Shown piece by piece: positions 25,891 to 39,027 of a DNA stretch of 64,000 nucleotides. The notes under the pieces are model-generated. The model worked only from the letters and a program-made list of their open reading frames with translations, searched no databases and was not told the DNA's origin. The stretch spans positions 29,326,001 to 29,390,000 of the forward strand of contig CM074517.1 of the NCBI GenBank assembly GCA_037379345.1, given 5' to 3'. Made by a program: the position numbers and the translations under genes. The stretch is from Perna viridis. Lineage: Eukaryota. How positions within the stretch are numbered: position 1 is the stretch's first letter; each line of letters starts with the position of its first letter.

Positions 25891-26308
25891 ATAGTAAATC
25901 AGTTTTGAAGCAAACAGGTATAGAAATAATTTTGGTGGCTAATAAGTAGTGCACTATGTACTTAAGCCCAATGTAAATATTTTGCAGAATTTATTTTGGC
26001 GTTTTATGACAGACTGCTGAAAAAAAGCACCCTGATAAAATTTTTCACTGTACAGTATAATACTTTTGCATGATGACATGTACCATATCCCCCATTTCCA
26101 GGTTCCTTGCTCAACTTCATCCTGTTTACTATATGACTAATATTTTTAAGGTTATGCATTATTGAACCTTTTATAACAGATTTCTCAACGTCCTTAGGAG
26201 GGATGCTTAGATATTTGGTGTTTTACTTTTGCATGATGGTTTGTATGGAGTCCCCCCTTTCCAAGTTCCCTGCTTATCTGCTTCCTGTTCACTGTTCAAC
26301 TTAGTAAA

Positions 26309-27033
26309 TTTTTATATGCCTGTCAAAGACGGGACATATTATGGTATACCATTGTCCGTCCATTGTCTCGTCCACACGGCGGACAATAACTCAAAAACGC
26401 TTTCACCAACTTTAATGAAACTATGATGAATTGTTCATATCTATTGACGTAAGCTCCCTTTCGATTTTTGTAAATTTCAGATTTTTCGTTTGGGTGTTAT
26501 GGATTTTTTTATTTAAAAAAGGGAGATTTTCAAGTTTTCACACAATACTCAAAGACACTTTCACCAACTTTTATGAAACTTTGGTGAATTGTTCATATCT
26601 ATTGAAGTAAGCTCCCTTCCGATTTGTATAAATGTCAAATTTTACGTTTCTGTGTTATGAAGTTTTACTCTTTATAAAAAGCCTGAAACGACCAAGGAAA
26701 TTTTATTGGTTGGAAAATCGTTTAAAACAGACCATTTGTTATGATGATCGACTAATAAATATAAAAGGTACTTAGTAACCTTGTCAGAAAAGTATGTTTT
26801 AAACAAGATAGATATGTATGGGTGAAATATCAAGACAACAAACTTAGTTGAACTTGAGGTAGCCTTTGTAGTGCCAATTTTTTTGTGCATTTTTTATTTA
26901 CTTTTTTTTTTGGGGGGGAGGGTATTTGACAGGGCTCACAGTATTTCTAGAAGATCATATAAATTCATTAAAAGCATAAGGACAAGTTAAAAGGGCAACG
27001 GCGTATCATTTGCTTTAAGCACAGCTCTTTATT
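26309..27033 (+). mobile_element. HINE-like element with ~158 bp internal repeats, nested in an older repeat-bearing element (~26065-27205)
   Basis: TTTTTATATGCC start, GTCC repeats, duplicated unit at ~26385 and ~26543; both flanks carry ACAGATTTCTCA...TTTTGCATGATG units. Confidence 0.65.
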
Positions 27034-28658
27034 AGGCTGTGCATAATGGAAATTTCCGAAACAGATTTCTCAGCTTATATCGGAGAGAATGCTAAAATAT
27101 TTGGTATATTGCTTTTGCATGATGATTTGTACTGTGTGTCCCCATTCCAGGTTTCACAGTAATGGTTGAGCATTCTCAGCACAATGTGCCATGCAACATA
27201 TTGTTTTTTTTTGTTTGTGTGTGTGTTGTTTTAAAGGGGGGAGCATATCTTTGGGTATCCTGCTCAAGATTAACACATTAAAAAATGTATTATAGAAGAA
27301 GATGAACTAATCTGTCCTCATTTAAGTAATTAGAAGTCGATTTTTTTCTTTTCAATGACAAGTTGGCAAGGTACCAAAACGCAGACCATTATCCCCAAAT
27401 TTAGTCATATGATATCATCATTTCCATGTTTATTTATAATTGTAACTGTTTAAATGTTTTGAATTTTAATCACTTTAAAGGTTCAATGTAGTAATGACTT
27501 GTATTTGTGCGTAATGTACAGGCTTTACAGTAACCTGTTGGACATAATTGTGTAATGGTAAATGTCTGGTAAATAAGGATTAGAGCAGTTGATACATTGG
27601 TCAGCTGGTCTATGTGTACAACAAGCATTCAGGAACTTTTGTTTTGATGGTCTTAATTTCATGAGGAAATATATTAGTTATCAGGTAAATTGAAATTTTT
27701 ACACATGACGGTAACCTAGACTTTTCTACATGTATAATGCAATAATATCATGGATATAAATTAGGGGTTTCTTTTAAATTAATCACTAAATTGAAAATAA
27801 AAATTTATCTAACTGGGCTTTATTTCAAATTTGTTTTATTTAGTACTGCAATATAGAGCATAGAGAAATGTTTTATGCCAACATTGTATTATTTTACTGG
27901 CATGGGTTTAATGTGACAATGGAAAATCTCAACTCTCATTACTGGCTATGGTAAAAAAAACTTTTGGCCTTACTTTGTTGTAGAGACTTAATTAAGGTTA
28001 GGTGTCAAAATAAGCACCCTTCCACTGGCTCATGACAAGCAAGTTTCATGCAGGGGCATGTCAGAGTCAAACAGAGCATGCCCTGGTGGCCCATCTCATT
28101 TTTTATGAATTTTCTGCATATCACAAGGGCAAGTAAACTTCCCTCTGAGCAAGTTTATTTTCAACAAAACTAGCCTGCATGACAAATGTTTTAATTTCTA
28201 CCCCTTAATGCATTTACATCAAATCAAGGCATCTGACTTCAAAGAGCACAGATAAGTGTATTATGGTAATGTCCAAGTCAATTTGAAATTGTTTGTTATG
28301 CTCTTTTTTAAATGGAGGGCCATTAAAGTTAAAATGGGTATAAATAAAACCTTTAGATCATGCTGAGGTCATTGATCTTTTAACTGCAAAGGTGCATTCA
28401 CCATGACTAAGTTAATGCACTACTGTACAGTGACCACCTGTGAATAAAAATGTATTTATGTCACTATAAAATTATTAACATATTTTTTTTTCATAAAGTT
28501 ACTGGGCCTGAATGAGACAGGTAAAGCTTTTGATTTTTTTCTTTAAATTTTGAATTTGCTTTGTGCCATTGTAATTTAATGCTGCTTGTTGACAAGTTTT
28601 GAGGAGAAAATGTTTAATTAATTTTTTTTTCTCTAGCACAAGTAGTTGGTATGTATAT

Positions 28659-28880
28659 TTAGACACACTGGGACTGGTTTTTAAAGTGCTAGCTTGCAAA
28701 ACAACAGCCCATAGGTAGGCATGTCTTCCCACTCAGAAACATTATTCCAAGCCAACAAGTTGTCACTCTGTCACCTATATGTCATGTGCTACGCAGAGAA
28801 GCAGTGAGGTTGCTACCAATTTTAAAGTCTTTGGTATGACTTGGCCGTGGGATCAAACTCACGACCTCTTGCACTCAGGA
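28659..28880 (-). mobile_element. Decayed tRNA-head SINE; weaker head remnants near 23035 and 42203
   Basis: Reverse complement reads GAGTGCAAGAGGTCGTGAGTTTGATCCC (B-box-like GTTYGA) followed by CAAAGACTTTAAAATTGGTA...TGCTTCTC, a body I recognise from bivalve SINEs. Confidence 0.55.
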
Positions 28881-29073
28881 ACTAAAATGAAGGGAATAAT
28901 GTGGAGTAGTTACCACCATAAATATTATAAAGCATGTTGGTATGGCATCAGTATGAATATTCTCATACTTGAATTTCTCGAGCTTTTGATCTTAGATGAC
29001 GCCTCTCACCTGTGCAAGTGTGAACATATTTTCTGACTTTGGGAAACCAAAGCCTTGTCTTTTTGATAGGTCA

Positions 29074-29147
29074 TCTGGCTGACTTTATGTTAGGAGGAGA
29101 TGTGTTGAATGTCTGGCTGACTTTATGTCAGGAGATATGATGAACAT
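29074..29147. repeat. 38 bp tandem duplication
   Basis: TCTGGCTGACTTTATGT(T/C)AGGAG twice. Confidence 0.8.
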
Positions 29148-30595
29148 GTAGTGATGCACGCATATACTAATGTTGATATGTTGATCTATATTCTGACCTT
29201 AATACACCGATACTGGTGGCAGAGACACATGTCAAGATGATTGTTGTCCTACTTATTTTTTTTTTTTTTAAAGATTATAAAATAAATGTAAATTTACATT
29301 TAAGGACTGAATAAATTTTGCTTGGCTTTGTATTTTATCAACTGTAGTGATTTTAAAAAAGAACAAGATAGGGTTCTGTTTAGTTGTACAACTATTTCAA
29401 TGCCATACTGTTCAGTTGCGTAATTTACTTAGCAACTAAGTACATTAAAGAAGAAAAATTAGATAATATTTAGTTTCTTTATGTTCTTTACATGACAATT
29501 TGGTTGCCGTTTGAAGTTTGGACCTATTTCTAGGACAACATATCTTATCTCAGACAAAGTAAGAATTTCTGTTTGTTTAATTTTAAGGATGTTAGACTAC
29601 TTGTTCAAATTGTAATACATGGTTAAAGGAATATTCAGATCATTGTAATTTATGCCTGTACTTAACTTAAATACTAATCTAGCTTGAATTGTATATACCC
29701 TGCATATTATACCCCCACTGCAGCAAGTGGACGGATATATAGTGATAGTTTATGTTTTTAAATGATGTTATGGTTAATAGACTCAATGAAGTGGTGGGTC
29801 CAGAAATTCTGAAAAGGGGGAAGGGCATTGACTGATGGTGGCTATCTGTAATTTTCAAAATTCAACCAACTTTTTCAGTCATAAGAGGAAGCTAGGGTCC
29901 CCCTTAGATCCACCTATGAAATGAATTGGGGTAGTCCATAGAGTCAGTTAATGTTATGATTTAAGACAATATGTGGTATGATAATTACCCAAAAGTCTAA
30001 TGTTCTAGACCATTAAGATTGGTAAGTTGCTTTTTTGTATTGTTGAAGATATTGATACTTAGCCATGTAGTCCAAGCATGTGTCAGAACTTATTGTAACA
30101 TGAATTGAGAATTTTCCTTTGTTTTTTTTCCCCCAAGTAAATATGAGAGGAAGACCAAGTGTGCTCCAACAAGAAATCTTGTATAATACTGCATGAAATG
30201 TCACATGTTTCCCATATAACTCATTTGGAAAACAGCCATGCAATATCAAACCTCATTAGCAGAAATATTGCACATGGAAAACTACTCTTCTGACAAAAAT
30301 GACTCCGTGCAAAACGAGAGCATGAGTTACCTGTACCAGTGTATCTCTCATTTGTTAATTATTGATTATTGGTTGTGATAAATTCATGTCAGAAATCATT
30401 TATAGCACCACCGTTCTCATTATCTGAATAGATTTCTCGCCCTGCAGGCTCGAAGTCTATTTGAATAACTCATAAGACCGTGCTATAAATATAACTTATA
30501 ATCATAATCTTCATTTTGACTGTGGTTAAATAACAAGAAATGATATAACAGTATTATACATGCATTGTTTACAACACCTGTAATATTGATCAACT

Positions 30596-31852
30596 TTAAA
30601 GTGACAGTCTTTGTAAGAATCAGGCAGTTGATTTAAATGAAATCACAAACACTTTGACTGTTTAATTTGACTAATCAAAGAATAAAAGCAAGATCTTTCA
30701 TATCACATCACTTGGCGTCCATCGTCGTCTGAAATTGTCATCGTTGACAATTTTTCAAAACTCTTCTCCTCTGATACTACTTGATCAATTGGAACTAAAC
30801 TTGGTATGAATGTTCCTTGGGGTATCCTGCATAGAACTGATGTGGGGATTTTTGATGCGTCGAAAAACATGATTGCCATTACTAAAAATAGAACATAGGG
30901 GTCACACAATAGTTTTTCCCATTTATCTCCAAAACGGTTAGATTAAGCCCAATCCTGACTGAGTAAAAGTGTTCAGCATGATGAGATCTATCTGCGGTCA
31001 AATTTTCATTTTAATCTGTGTAGCCACGTTGGAGTTTTTGCCCTTTTCTCGACGTTTTTTTGCTATTTTTAATGTTATTTTTTCAAAAATCATCTCCTCT
31101 GACACTACTTGACCATTTGGAACCAAACTAGGTATGAATGTTCCTTGGAGTATCATGCATAGAACTGATGTGGGGATTTCTGTTCTGCCAAAAAACATGG
31201 CCACCATTACTAAAAATAGAACAGAGGGGTCAGACAGTAGTTTTTCACATGTATCTCCAAAACCGGGTTTAGCCAAATTCTTTCAATAGCTGAAATGATC
31301 CTTATGACAAAAGTCTTCAGGCATAAAATTTGTCAGGTGCCTACTTATTACCTTTGACGGGAAAATGACAGTTTTTTGGGGTTTTTTTTTTACAGTTTTC
31401 AGCCAATGTCTTGAAAACTATGATTGATTTAGACTTTCATTTACTGAAATGATCCTTATGATAAGTCCTATCAAAATTTTCTTGAATCAAAATTGTTGGA
31501 CAACTTCTTGTTTAATTTATTGCCCTTGAAAGGCAAAATTGAACCAGGTGAGTGATTCAGGCTCCTGGGAGCCTCTTGTTTTTAATAAAATTGTGTTATA
31601 ATTTCATTTAAATAATTTCATGGTCAGATAACTCTGTCAACAGCCTCAATTTCTAACATTGTAATGATATAAATTTTCATCATCTCTAGTGATGCAGAGA
31701 TAAAATTCTGGTGTTTTCAAATAGAGCAAACTTAATCCTTAAGTGAAAGTACATATATAATTTTGATGGGATTTTGACACTTATGTTCCAGATTTTTTTT
31801 TCTCAATTTGCCTGTTTCTTACACAATCTGGTACATAAATATGGCACTTTAA
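30596..31852 (+). mobile_element. MITE family C copy split by a Helentron-type insertion
   Basis: Left arm ~30596-30700 and right arm ~31581-31852 together reconstruct family C. Confidence 0.75.
30702..31580 (+). mobile_element. Non-autonomous Helentron-type element (HINE-like) with ~330 bp internal repeats
   Basis: CACTTGGCGTCCATCGTCGTC microsatellite-like 5' part; repeats at ~30762 and ~31092; 3' CAGGTGAG subterminal motif, AGGCTC/GAGCCT hairpin and CTTGTT end. Confidence 0.8.
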
Positions 31853-33191
31853 GGTAGGAATCATAACTTGTTATTATTAATCACATGAATTGAATTCACA
31901 TGTCTTCAGTTCATACCTTTGACCCCATGTCTGACCTTTCCACACAGGTAGATAGTTCTATTGATTGGCTTTTAAGTACCCTTGGCTTTTTGTTATGAAA
32001 ACTTGTTGTAATACTGCAAAGTCTGTGTTATTGATTTACTGGTGAATGGTGCTTTGATTTTTGATAAGTGTACTTGTAATTCAATTCCATCGTTTTATTG
32101 GTGAGCATGAAAAGAAGTTTTTGTTTTTATTATGTTTTCTTGTTGATAAATGCAGCAGATGCATATTAGACTGCCTCAACTTCCATTGGTGTTTTTTTTT
32201 TTTTTTTTGTTTAAAAAAGTAGCATTAAAATTGAGTCATGGGGTTGTCAAGTTTTGTGAAGCCTGAAAAGAGCAAAGGAATTTTTACAAAATGTTGTTTT
32301 TTTGGCAGGTTGGGAACAAATCCTGAAATTAGAGATTACTCCTCATTTAGGGTACTACCCTTAATTAGTTATTTATTATTCACCCATTATGAAATAGAAA
32401 GTTTATAAACTGTTATGGTTTAGTTAAAATTGGAAATATGTATTGTATTTATCAAGCATCCAGGGGTGGTCCAGGTAAGGGGGTAATGGGCGTACGCCCC
32501 ACTTTTCAAAGAAAAAAAAGCCAAAAAAAATACTGTCTTCTGCTAAATATTGTGTTGAATATGTCAATTTATCATATTTATTCATTTGATGTGTCATAAT
32601 CTGGTTTCCATTTATACTGATAAGTTATCTTTTATTCTTCTTTCGAATATTGTGATTAAGCACCTACTGTACTAGAATAGTGTTTTTCATCTAGTATATT
32701 ATTTGAATGTAAAAGATACGCAATAATCTTCTCATTCAGAAAAGAAAACATTTTGTGCATTTTCAAATATTAAAATGTGTTTCAGCAATTTTAAGGTGAA
32801 TCCACGAGTAACTTGAGACGCATTACATTATTGATTTGGGGGTCATCAAAATGACATTACTTAAATTGTAGTTTTTGCACTGCAGTCAATCACATGGAAG
32901 GTCTACATGTATGTATATAGATGAAGAATAAAATAGAAAAACACCTGAAAACTTGGTTCATATTACTTTAATGATGTTGAGCTATTTCAATTAGAACATA
33001 GTATAGTGTTACCCATGGATGGTTTAGGAAGGTGGAATGATCTGCCCTTTTTGATACGTTTTATAAACGCCCTTTCCTTTTCTGCTAATTAACTCTGAAT
33101 AAATGATGATAGTTGCAGAATGTGCCTTCAAATTTTCCTCTAACATACTAGAGTGCCTTTTTTACCTGTATTACTCTGCCTTTTTCAATAA

Positions 33192-33410
33192 GGCCAAAAT
33201 TAAAATTAAGTTTGTTTCCCCTTGCCCTACCTACCCATTAAAATTGGTCCTGTTGTCATTATTGGACAAGATTTTTTTTTATTTTCAAAGCCAAATTTTC
33301 CACTTCTATGATCATGGTTTTTACAGAATCATATGAACTTATAGGGGGGAATATTTTTCCTACCTACCTACCTACCCAAAAAGGAAACAGACATAATTTT
33401 ACGTGATGCC
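33192..33410. mobile_element. Zator-like MITE (GGC termini, TAA/TAG flanks, CCTA repeats)
   Basis: 28-bp imperfect TIR ending TGTTTCC/GGAAACA. Confidence 0.6.
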
Positions 33411-35323
33411 TAGCTGCAGGGAACCTTATGGTATAGTAAAACCTGACAACAAGACATCTACATCAGTTTTAGTGCCTTTTGAAATTATGTAAACTGAAAT
33501 GGATATATTTGGCTAGGTTTAACAGTAAAGGATATCTTTCTTGGAAGGAGTTTATGACATGAGTGTTTGTAAACATTCACTTATCATTGACCTTGATCTT
33601 TGTTATATCAAACACTTTTTCATCTTGAGTTTTATGAATGATAGGTCAGAACAAACTAGACATAAACTAGCGGTATATATGTCATTAAGGTCACTGATGT
33701 TATTGTCTTACACAGAAATGGTCACAGGTAGGAATTGTTACACATTTGTGTAATTCTAATGGTATGTAAACATGATCTTTTTACTTTTTTGTATGGAAAT
33801 AATTATTTGTTATTTGCTGGAGTATTGACTTACTTTAGGTAAACCTTGTCATTGTTTTCAATACTTCCATGAAACAGAACGGTACTTGATCGACGAGTTT
33901 TACTGGGCTTTGTCTGTAGTCAAATGAATTTCAAATTTTATTGAATGACTGTTTGTTTACCACTGAAAACAAACAGCACAATCTGTCTGAAGCAGATACC
34001 TTTTGAAGTCCATCATATCAGTCTTTACCTTAGGTGAATGGGAATGGGACCAAATCTACAGTCCAGATGGAATGGTTTCAATGTGCTGTGTTACACTTAT
34101 TTTATTACAGTTTTCATATCTTTTTTATTTTTACAACTATTAGTTTTACATTTAAAAAATGATGGATTTTTTATACATTTTTATAAAAAAAAAGAAATAT
34201 TTTAAGTAGTTATTTCATAGTCCAATTCTTCTCAAAGTGGTGGAGTGATGTTCTAAAATGTTCTGAGAATATATTAGTGTATTCATGTCATACTGTCACT
34301 TTAAGTGGGATATTAAGAATCTTACACTGCTGAGAGTGCAAGACGGAGAAATCTCAGACACTCAAGGGTAAGATTTCAACATTGATCTCCAATGAGGCTT
34401 TGTCAAATTAGAGAAGACTGAACCTCACCTGAGGGTGTATGACATTATCTAATCTTGCTATTTCTAGTGGTATTTGATTCTTTTCTCACTTTTAAAATTA
34501 ATTTTGTTATTAGTGTGTCATTTCAGAAAGTTCTGCCATTCAAATTCCTATGTATTTACTAGACTTCTTGAAACATCTAGTGTTTTATTTTACCTGTAAG
34601 TGAGATGAAGGAAATCTCACAGAGCTAAAAATAAGAATATCAACGAGAAAAAAAAAGACATCCATAAACTGAACCATTAACTTTAATATCTTCCTTGTCC
34701 TCTAAATGGTTAAGAAAATGTATTAAATACAAATTGCAAATTACGTATGTTTTACAAATATGACATATTAACTCTACATCAAATCAAAGCTTTTATTTTA
34801 GTGGAATATACTGACATGTTTCGTCCTGACTGAAAGTCATGCCCTTTTTTTTTTTCTTCATATTAGTATTTCTAGTCTCCGACTATCAAGACTGAAATAG
34901 AACAGGTAAATTGGGGGACTTGTGTATCATGTGCTGTTCAGACTTCACTTACATGTACCTTTTGATGCTGAATGTAAATGCAATTGATTGATTAATATAT
35001 ATGTATTTGCATGAATCATTAGAAATTTTTTATGCTATAGTTTAGCATTTTTTTGGGGGTTTTTTTTATGTGTATCTTTTTCCCTCAGAATTGCCAAACT
35101 AACCCACCATTCAGTTTTGTGTGAATTTATGTAAGAATTCTATCCCTTCCCTCATTAGTTTTCCTGTTTAGTGAAAAGTTAAGACATCAAATGTCATATA
35201 ACATCTGTACTGTATAGAATGCATAAATCTTAATTTCTCAGATAAATTGTTTTGTAATTATGGCACTCTTTCCTTTTTAAGGTATATTTAACATTAAATG
35301 AGCCAGTGATATAAGTTGTAACC

Positions 35324-35664
35324 ATGGAAATGGAAGTGCCATTGACCAACGGTATGAACAGTGATGTTCACCTGGAAGCTGATCTCCAATATGAAGCCAC
35401 ACAACATAGGGCTGAGGTGCTTGACAACTTACACAAGTTACGTAAAGAAAACCAATTCTGTGATGCCATTTTAGTCATAGGGCGACATGAAATCCCAATT
35501 CACCGTGCTGTTGTTGCATCTTCAAGTACTTTCTTGATGGAGTTATTTGAGAAGTATAAGAATAATAATGAAGAAAAAGAGGGCTTGGTGAAGAATATGA
35601 TCAAACTGAAGGAAATGGAGCATGAAAGTTTCCTGTATCTGTTGGATTACATGTATACTGGCAG
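35324..35664 (+). CDS. IVNS1ABP: IVNS1ABP coding exon 1, BTB domain, 341 nt CDS (exon probably starts at 35282)
   Basis: LRKxxQFCDxxL...HRAVxA...LDYMYTG BTB signature; ACCATGG context; in-frame TAA at 35312-35314 upstream; GTGGGT donor, phase 2. Confidence 0.93.
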
Positions 35665-36740
35665 GTGGGTATATTATCATAAAATTTTGATTATTTTAGT
35701 TAAGTCGGCCCTGTATACTGGCGTTGCACGCACGAATGCAGAATTTCAGATTATGCATGGGATGTAAATGGACTTTAAGGTCAAGCAAAGCTATGTGAGA
35801 ATTTTTTGGGGGCTAGAATTGTGAAATCTCAAAATTTCATGCAAACAATCAGCTTGCCATGAATATTTAAATGTAGCCTGGATAAAAATTTTATGATAAT
35901 CTGAATTGAAAAGTCACGGTTCAAATACAAAGCAAGGAAAACAATGTCAATCATTATAGACAAAATGCATGTTCTTAGGTTTAAAGAAAGCCACATATAA
36001 TGAATTGAGCTAGAGCACTCCTACTTCTACCCAGCAATGTTAACTTTTAGAACAGTTTGTGTGGGAGATTCTATCTCATTTACGCTGTCTCAAGTGGGAG
36101 GTTTTCGTGTAAGAGCAAATATGTGAAGTGAAAACTTTTTTAGTACTGGTAAAGAAAATATATAGTAGTTATAATAAAAAAAAATGACTATTTTTATAAA
36201 GGTTATACAATGGTGCATTTATTGTATTTCGCAGTATTTGTTCCATTTTCTATCACTGAAATCTTACATTTTTATGCGGACGAATCTTAATATTTCATTA
36301 ATTTTGTGAGAGTTTCCCGCTATGGTGGGAGGGTTAACAGATTAGGATGGAATGCAGTGTTCTACTTCTTATTCCATATGATGTATATGTTTTATTATAT
36401 GTAACTAATTGAAGAATTTTAAAGTCATTTGACCATTTTCATTCTGATAAAAAATATGCTGCATCACATCTAACCAAAAGCAATATTTAGAATTGTTTCA
36501 AGCTTGAGTGTTGTTGCTGTTGTTTTTTTTCGTAGTGTTAGTATTTTGACAACTGTGGTTTATCATGCTGCACTATGTGAAGCATTTTATTATTTGTTAT
36601 TCTGATGGAGGAAACCTTTGAAAGTGTTTTATATTTTAGAGATTAATTGTTTTTTTGTTTTTCAATTGGTAATTGTTTTCGTAGATTTAACTGAATTAAG
36701 TTGTTTTTTTTAACTAAGATGAGGTAAATATCAGACTGTT

Positions 36741-36957
36741 CAGTGTTGTAGGATTCCTATTTCCCGTTACCCGGGGCAAGTTAAATTTGGGTCAGGGAAA
36801 GTTAGGTACTTAGTTAAACTTTCCCGTGGCAAGTTGAAAACTTCATATGCTGTAAGGATTTGTTTTGTTAGGAAAGCAGTCATTGACTGTGGGAAAGTTG
36901 ATTTTATATGGATTTTTCCCGAGGAAACCTCAATTTCTGAAAAATTCTAGAACACTG
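36741..36957. mobile_element. MITE with CAGTGTT(G/C)TAG termini and 5-bp TSD
   Basis: CTGTT at 36736-36740 and 36958-36962; internal GG(C/A)AAGTT repeats. Confidence 0.7.
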
Positions 36958-37457
36958 CTGTTGTAAGGCCAAGTAAACTTAATTGGAAGATTTTCATCCA
37001 ACCTTCACAAAAAATATGGGGCAGGCATTGGGATTTAATTATTTTATTTTTTAGTTCTTACCAGATATTTGCCTAATTTTAGCTATTTGTAAGCTACATT
37101 AGTATCATTTTAGTCACCAGAAAATAAAAAAAATTGTATGTTATAGTACCTCAATACTAGGAACTGATATGAAAAAAATCCTGATTTTGAATTTTTTTAT
37201 TTTCATCAACTTGAAAATGGAATGAAAATCTAGTAATTAATTAATATTTTCACTCTTTGTACCATTAATGTAGTTATATGTTCTTTATTTTCAATTATCA
37301 TTGTTTATCTTTGTTTTCTCCATTGTTTTGTTTATTTTTAAGAGTTCAATTTTTGCATATCCATGTACTTTACATTTTTCAAATGAAAATTTTATGATAA
37401 ATCAGGAATTTTAATATGGTGAAACTATAAAGATTTGTACTCCTGAAATTATACTTT

Positions 37458-38071
37458 ATTATACTTGGTGTCACATAAATAAGATACTGTTAAAATTTGA
37501 ATAAAAATATTTTCTGCGACTTTATTGACACCTACCGTCGTTTAAATTGTCTTAAATGACTTGCTCATTCGTTTAGCAAAACGGCTTCTCCCTAAACATT
37601 AAATCGTTAAATTCTGGTGAGATTTTTATTCTCAGTCCCAATATTTACATTATCAAAAGTCAGCGATGTTTATAGTGATCGGGTTGCTAGGAGATGTTGT
37701 TTACGTTTAAATGGTTTGTCCAAAAATCGAAGAACCTAGTATGCATTTCGGCGCTAATTCGGATATCTCAGATTTATTCTGCGCAAACATCATACAACAC
37801 CGAGAAGTTGATCAAGCAGACGATTGTCACCGGAGTTTGACAGAAACTTATGAACTTTGTTTATAAACAAATTGTCCCATAGAAACCAACATGGTGGATA
37901 TTAGTATAGGATTTTCCCGTAATAAACGACTCGTTGGAACAATCACTTGATGCATATATGCGAACTATCTTCAGATTAAATAAAAGAGAGACAACTCTAA
38001 CGGTAAGTCCCGACAGTTTAAAAAATAGAGCTTCAAATCGAAAATGTGCTGTATGTGACGTCGAGTATAAT
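37458..38071. mobile_element. ~614 bp CpG-rich non-autonomous DNA element
   Basis: 20-bp imperfect TIR ATTATACTTGGTGTCACATA / TATGTGACGTCGAGTATAAT; CpG much higher than in the host intron. Confidence 0.7.
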
Positions 38072-38139
38072 GATATTTACATTAAAAAAAAGACTGAAGA
38101 TGTACATGTACAAGATATAATAATTATATTTTGTTTCAG

Positions 38140-38264
38140 ATTGTCCATTCCTGGGCCACATGTCAAGGCAGTGTACAAAGCAGCCATCAAGCTGAAAATG
38201 GCAGACGCTGTCAGAACCTGTTCACAGTTTCTGTCTGAGAATCTGACTGTGGCAAATTGTTTAG
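38140..38264 (+). CDS. IVNS1ABP: IVNS1ABP coding exon 2 (LSIPGPHVKAVYKAAIKLKMADAVRTCSQFLSENLTVANCL), 125 nt
   Basis: VKxVYxAAxKLKM typical of NS1-BP; TTTCAG/GTATAT sites; phase 2-1. Confidence 0.93.
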
Positions 38265-38806
38265 GTATATATGCCTGCCTGTATAGTGATATGGGCAGGC
38301 AATGTTCCTATTCTCCTTGTAACAACTTCCTGTGTATTTGCCTTGTATCTTTCCTTTCTGTGAGACAGCTGTTGTCATGGTGATGATGAAGAATGGTTTA
38401 TTCCAAGGTTATCTCCCTTTAGAGGGATTCCAACAAAAGAAATTGATAAAAAGAAATTAAATAAAATGGTAAGACCCATTGAAAACTAAGAATTTGATTA
38501 TATTTCACAAAAATTGATCAAAATTCAGAAGTTCCCTTTAGAATAGCAAATTGGTGAATGTTATTTGTTTACCCGTGTGCTTAATTTACCTATGAATGCA
38601 GTCATGATAAAATGCGTTGAAATAAAAAGGAAAAAAGATCAACACATTGTTTCAGCTGATTTCCATTTTAATAGAATTTTTTTTCAGTTTTCTTTTGTTT
38701 CTTTAAAATTATGTACAGTTATTATCTCACAAAATCCTTTTAATTTATAGAAATGATATCACCATGCCCACTAAATTAAAAATAAGAGGCTTGGAATCTT
38801 TTAGAC

Positions 38807-39027
38807 TTAATGAGGTATACCTAGGGTTAGGGACACAACCCTTAAAAATCATTGGAACTCTTTGTATTCAGCATTTTACATCAATCTTATGTAAGCATCT
38901 AATTAACCTGGATTAATTTTATTCTGCTTCAAATGAAAGCTTGAGAGGCTATGGTGAAATTAAGTATGATGCAAACATTTCACTGATTTCATGAGTTATG
39001 TCCCTTACCCTAGGTCTACCTCCTTAA
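38807..39027 (+). mobile_element. MITE family B copy 2
   Basis: Colinear with 9075-9295, TTAA at both ends. Confidence 0.85.

Noticed and set aside
37934-38139. N-terminal extension of ORF 37934-38383 as coding sequence
   Set aside because: Read-through into intron and transposon sequence; BTB homology begins at the acceptor at 38140.
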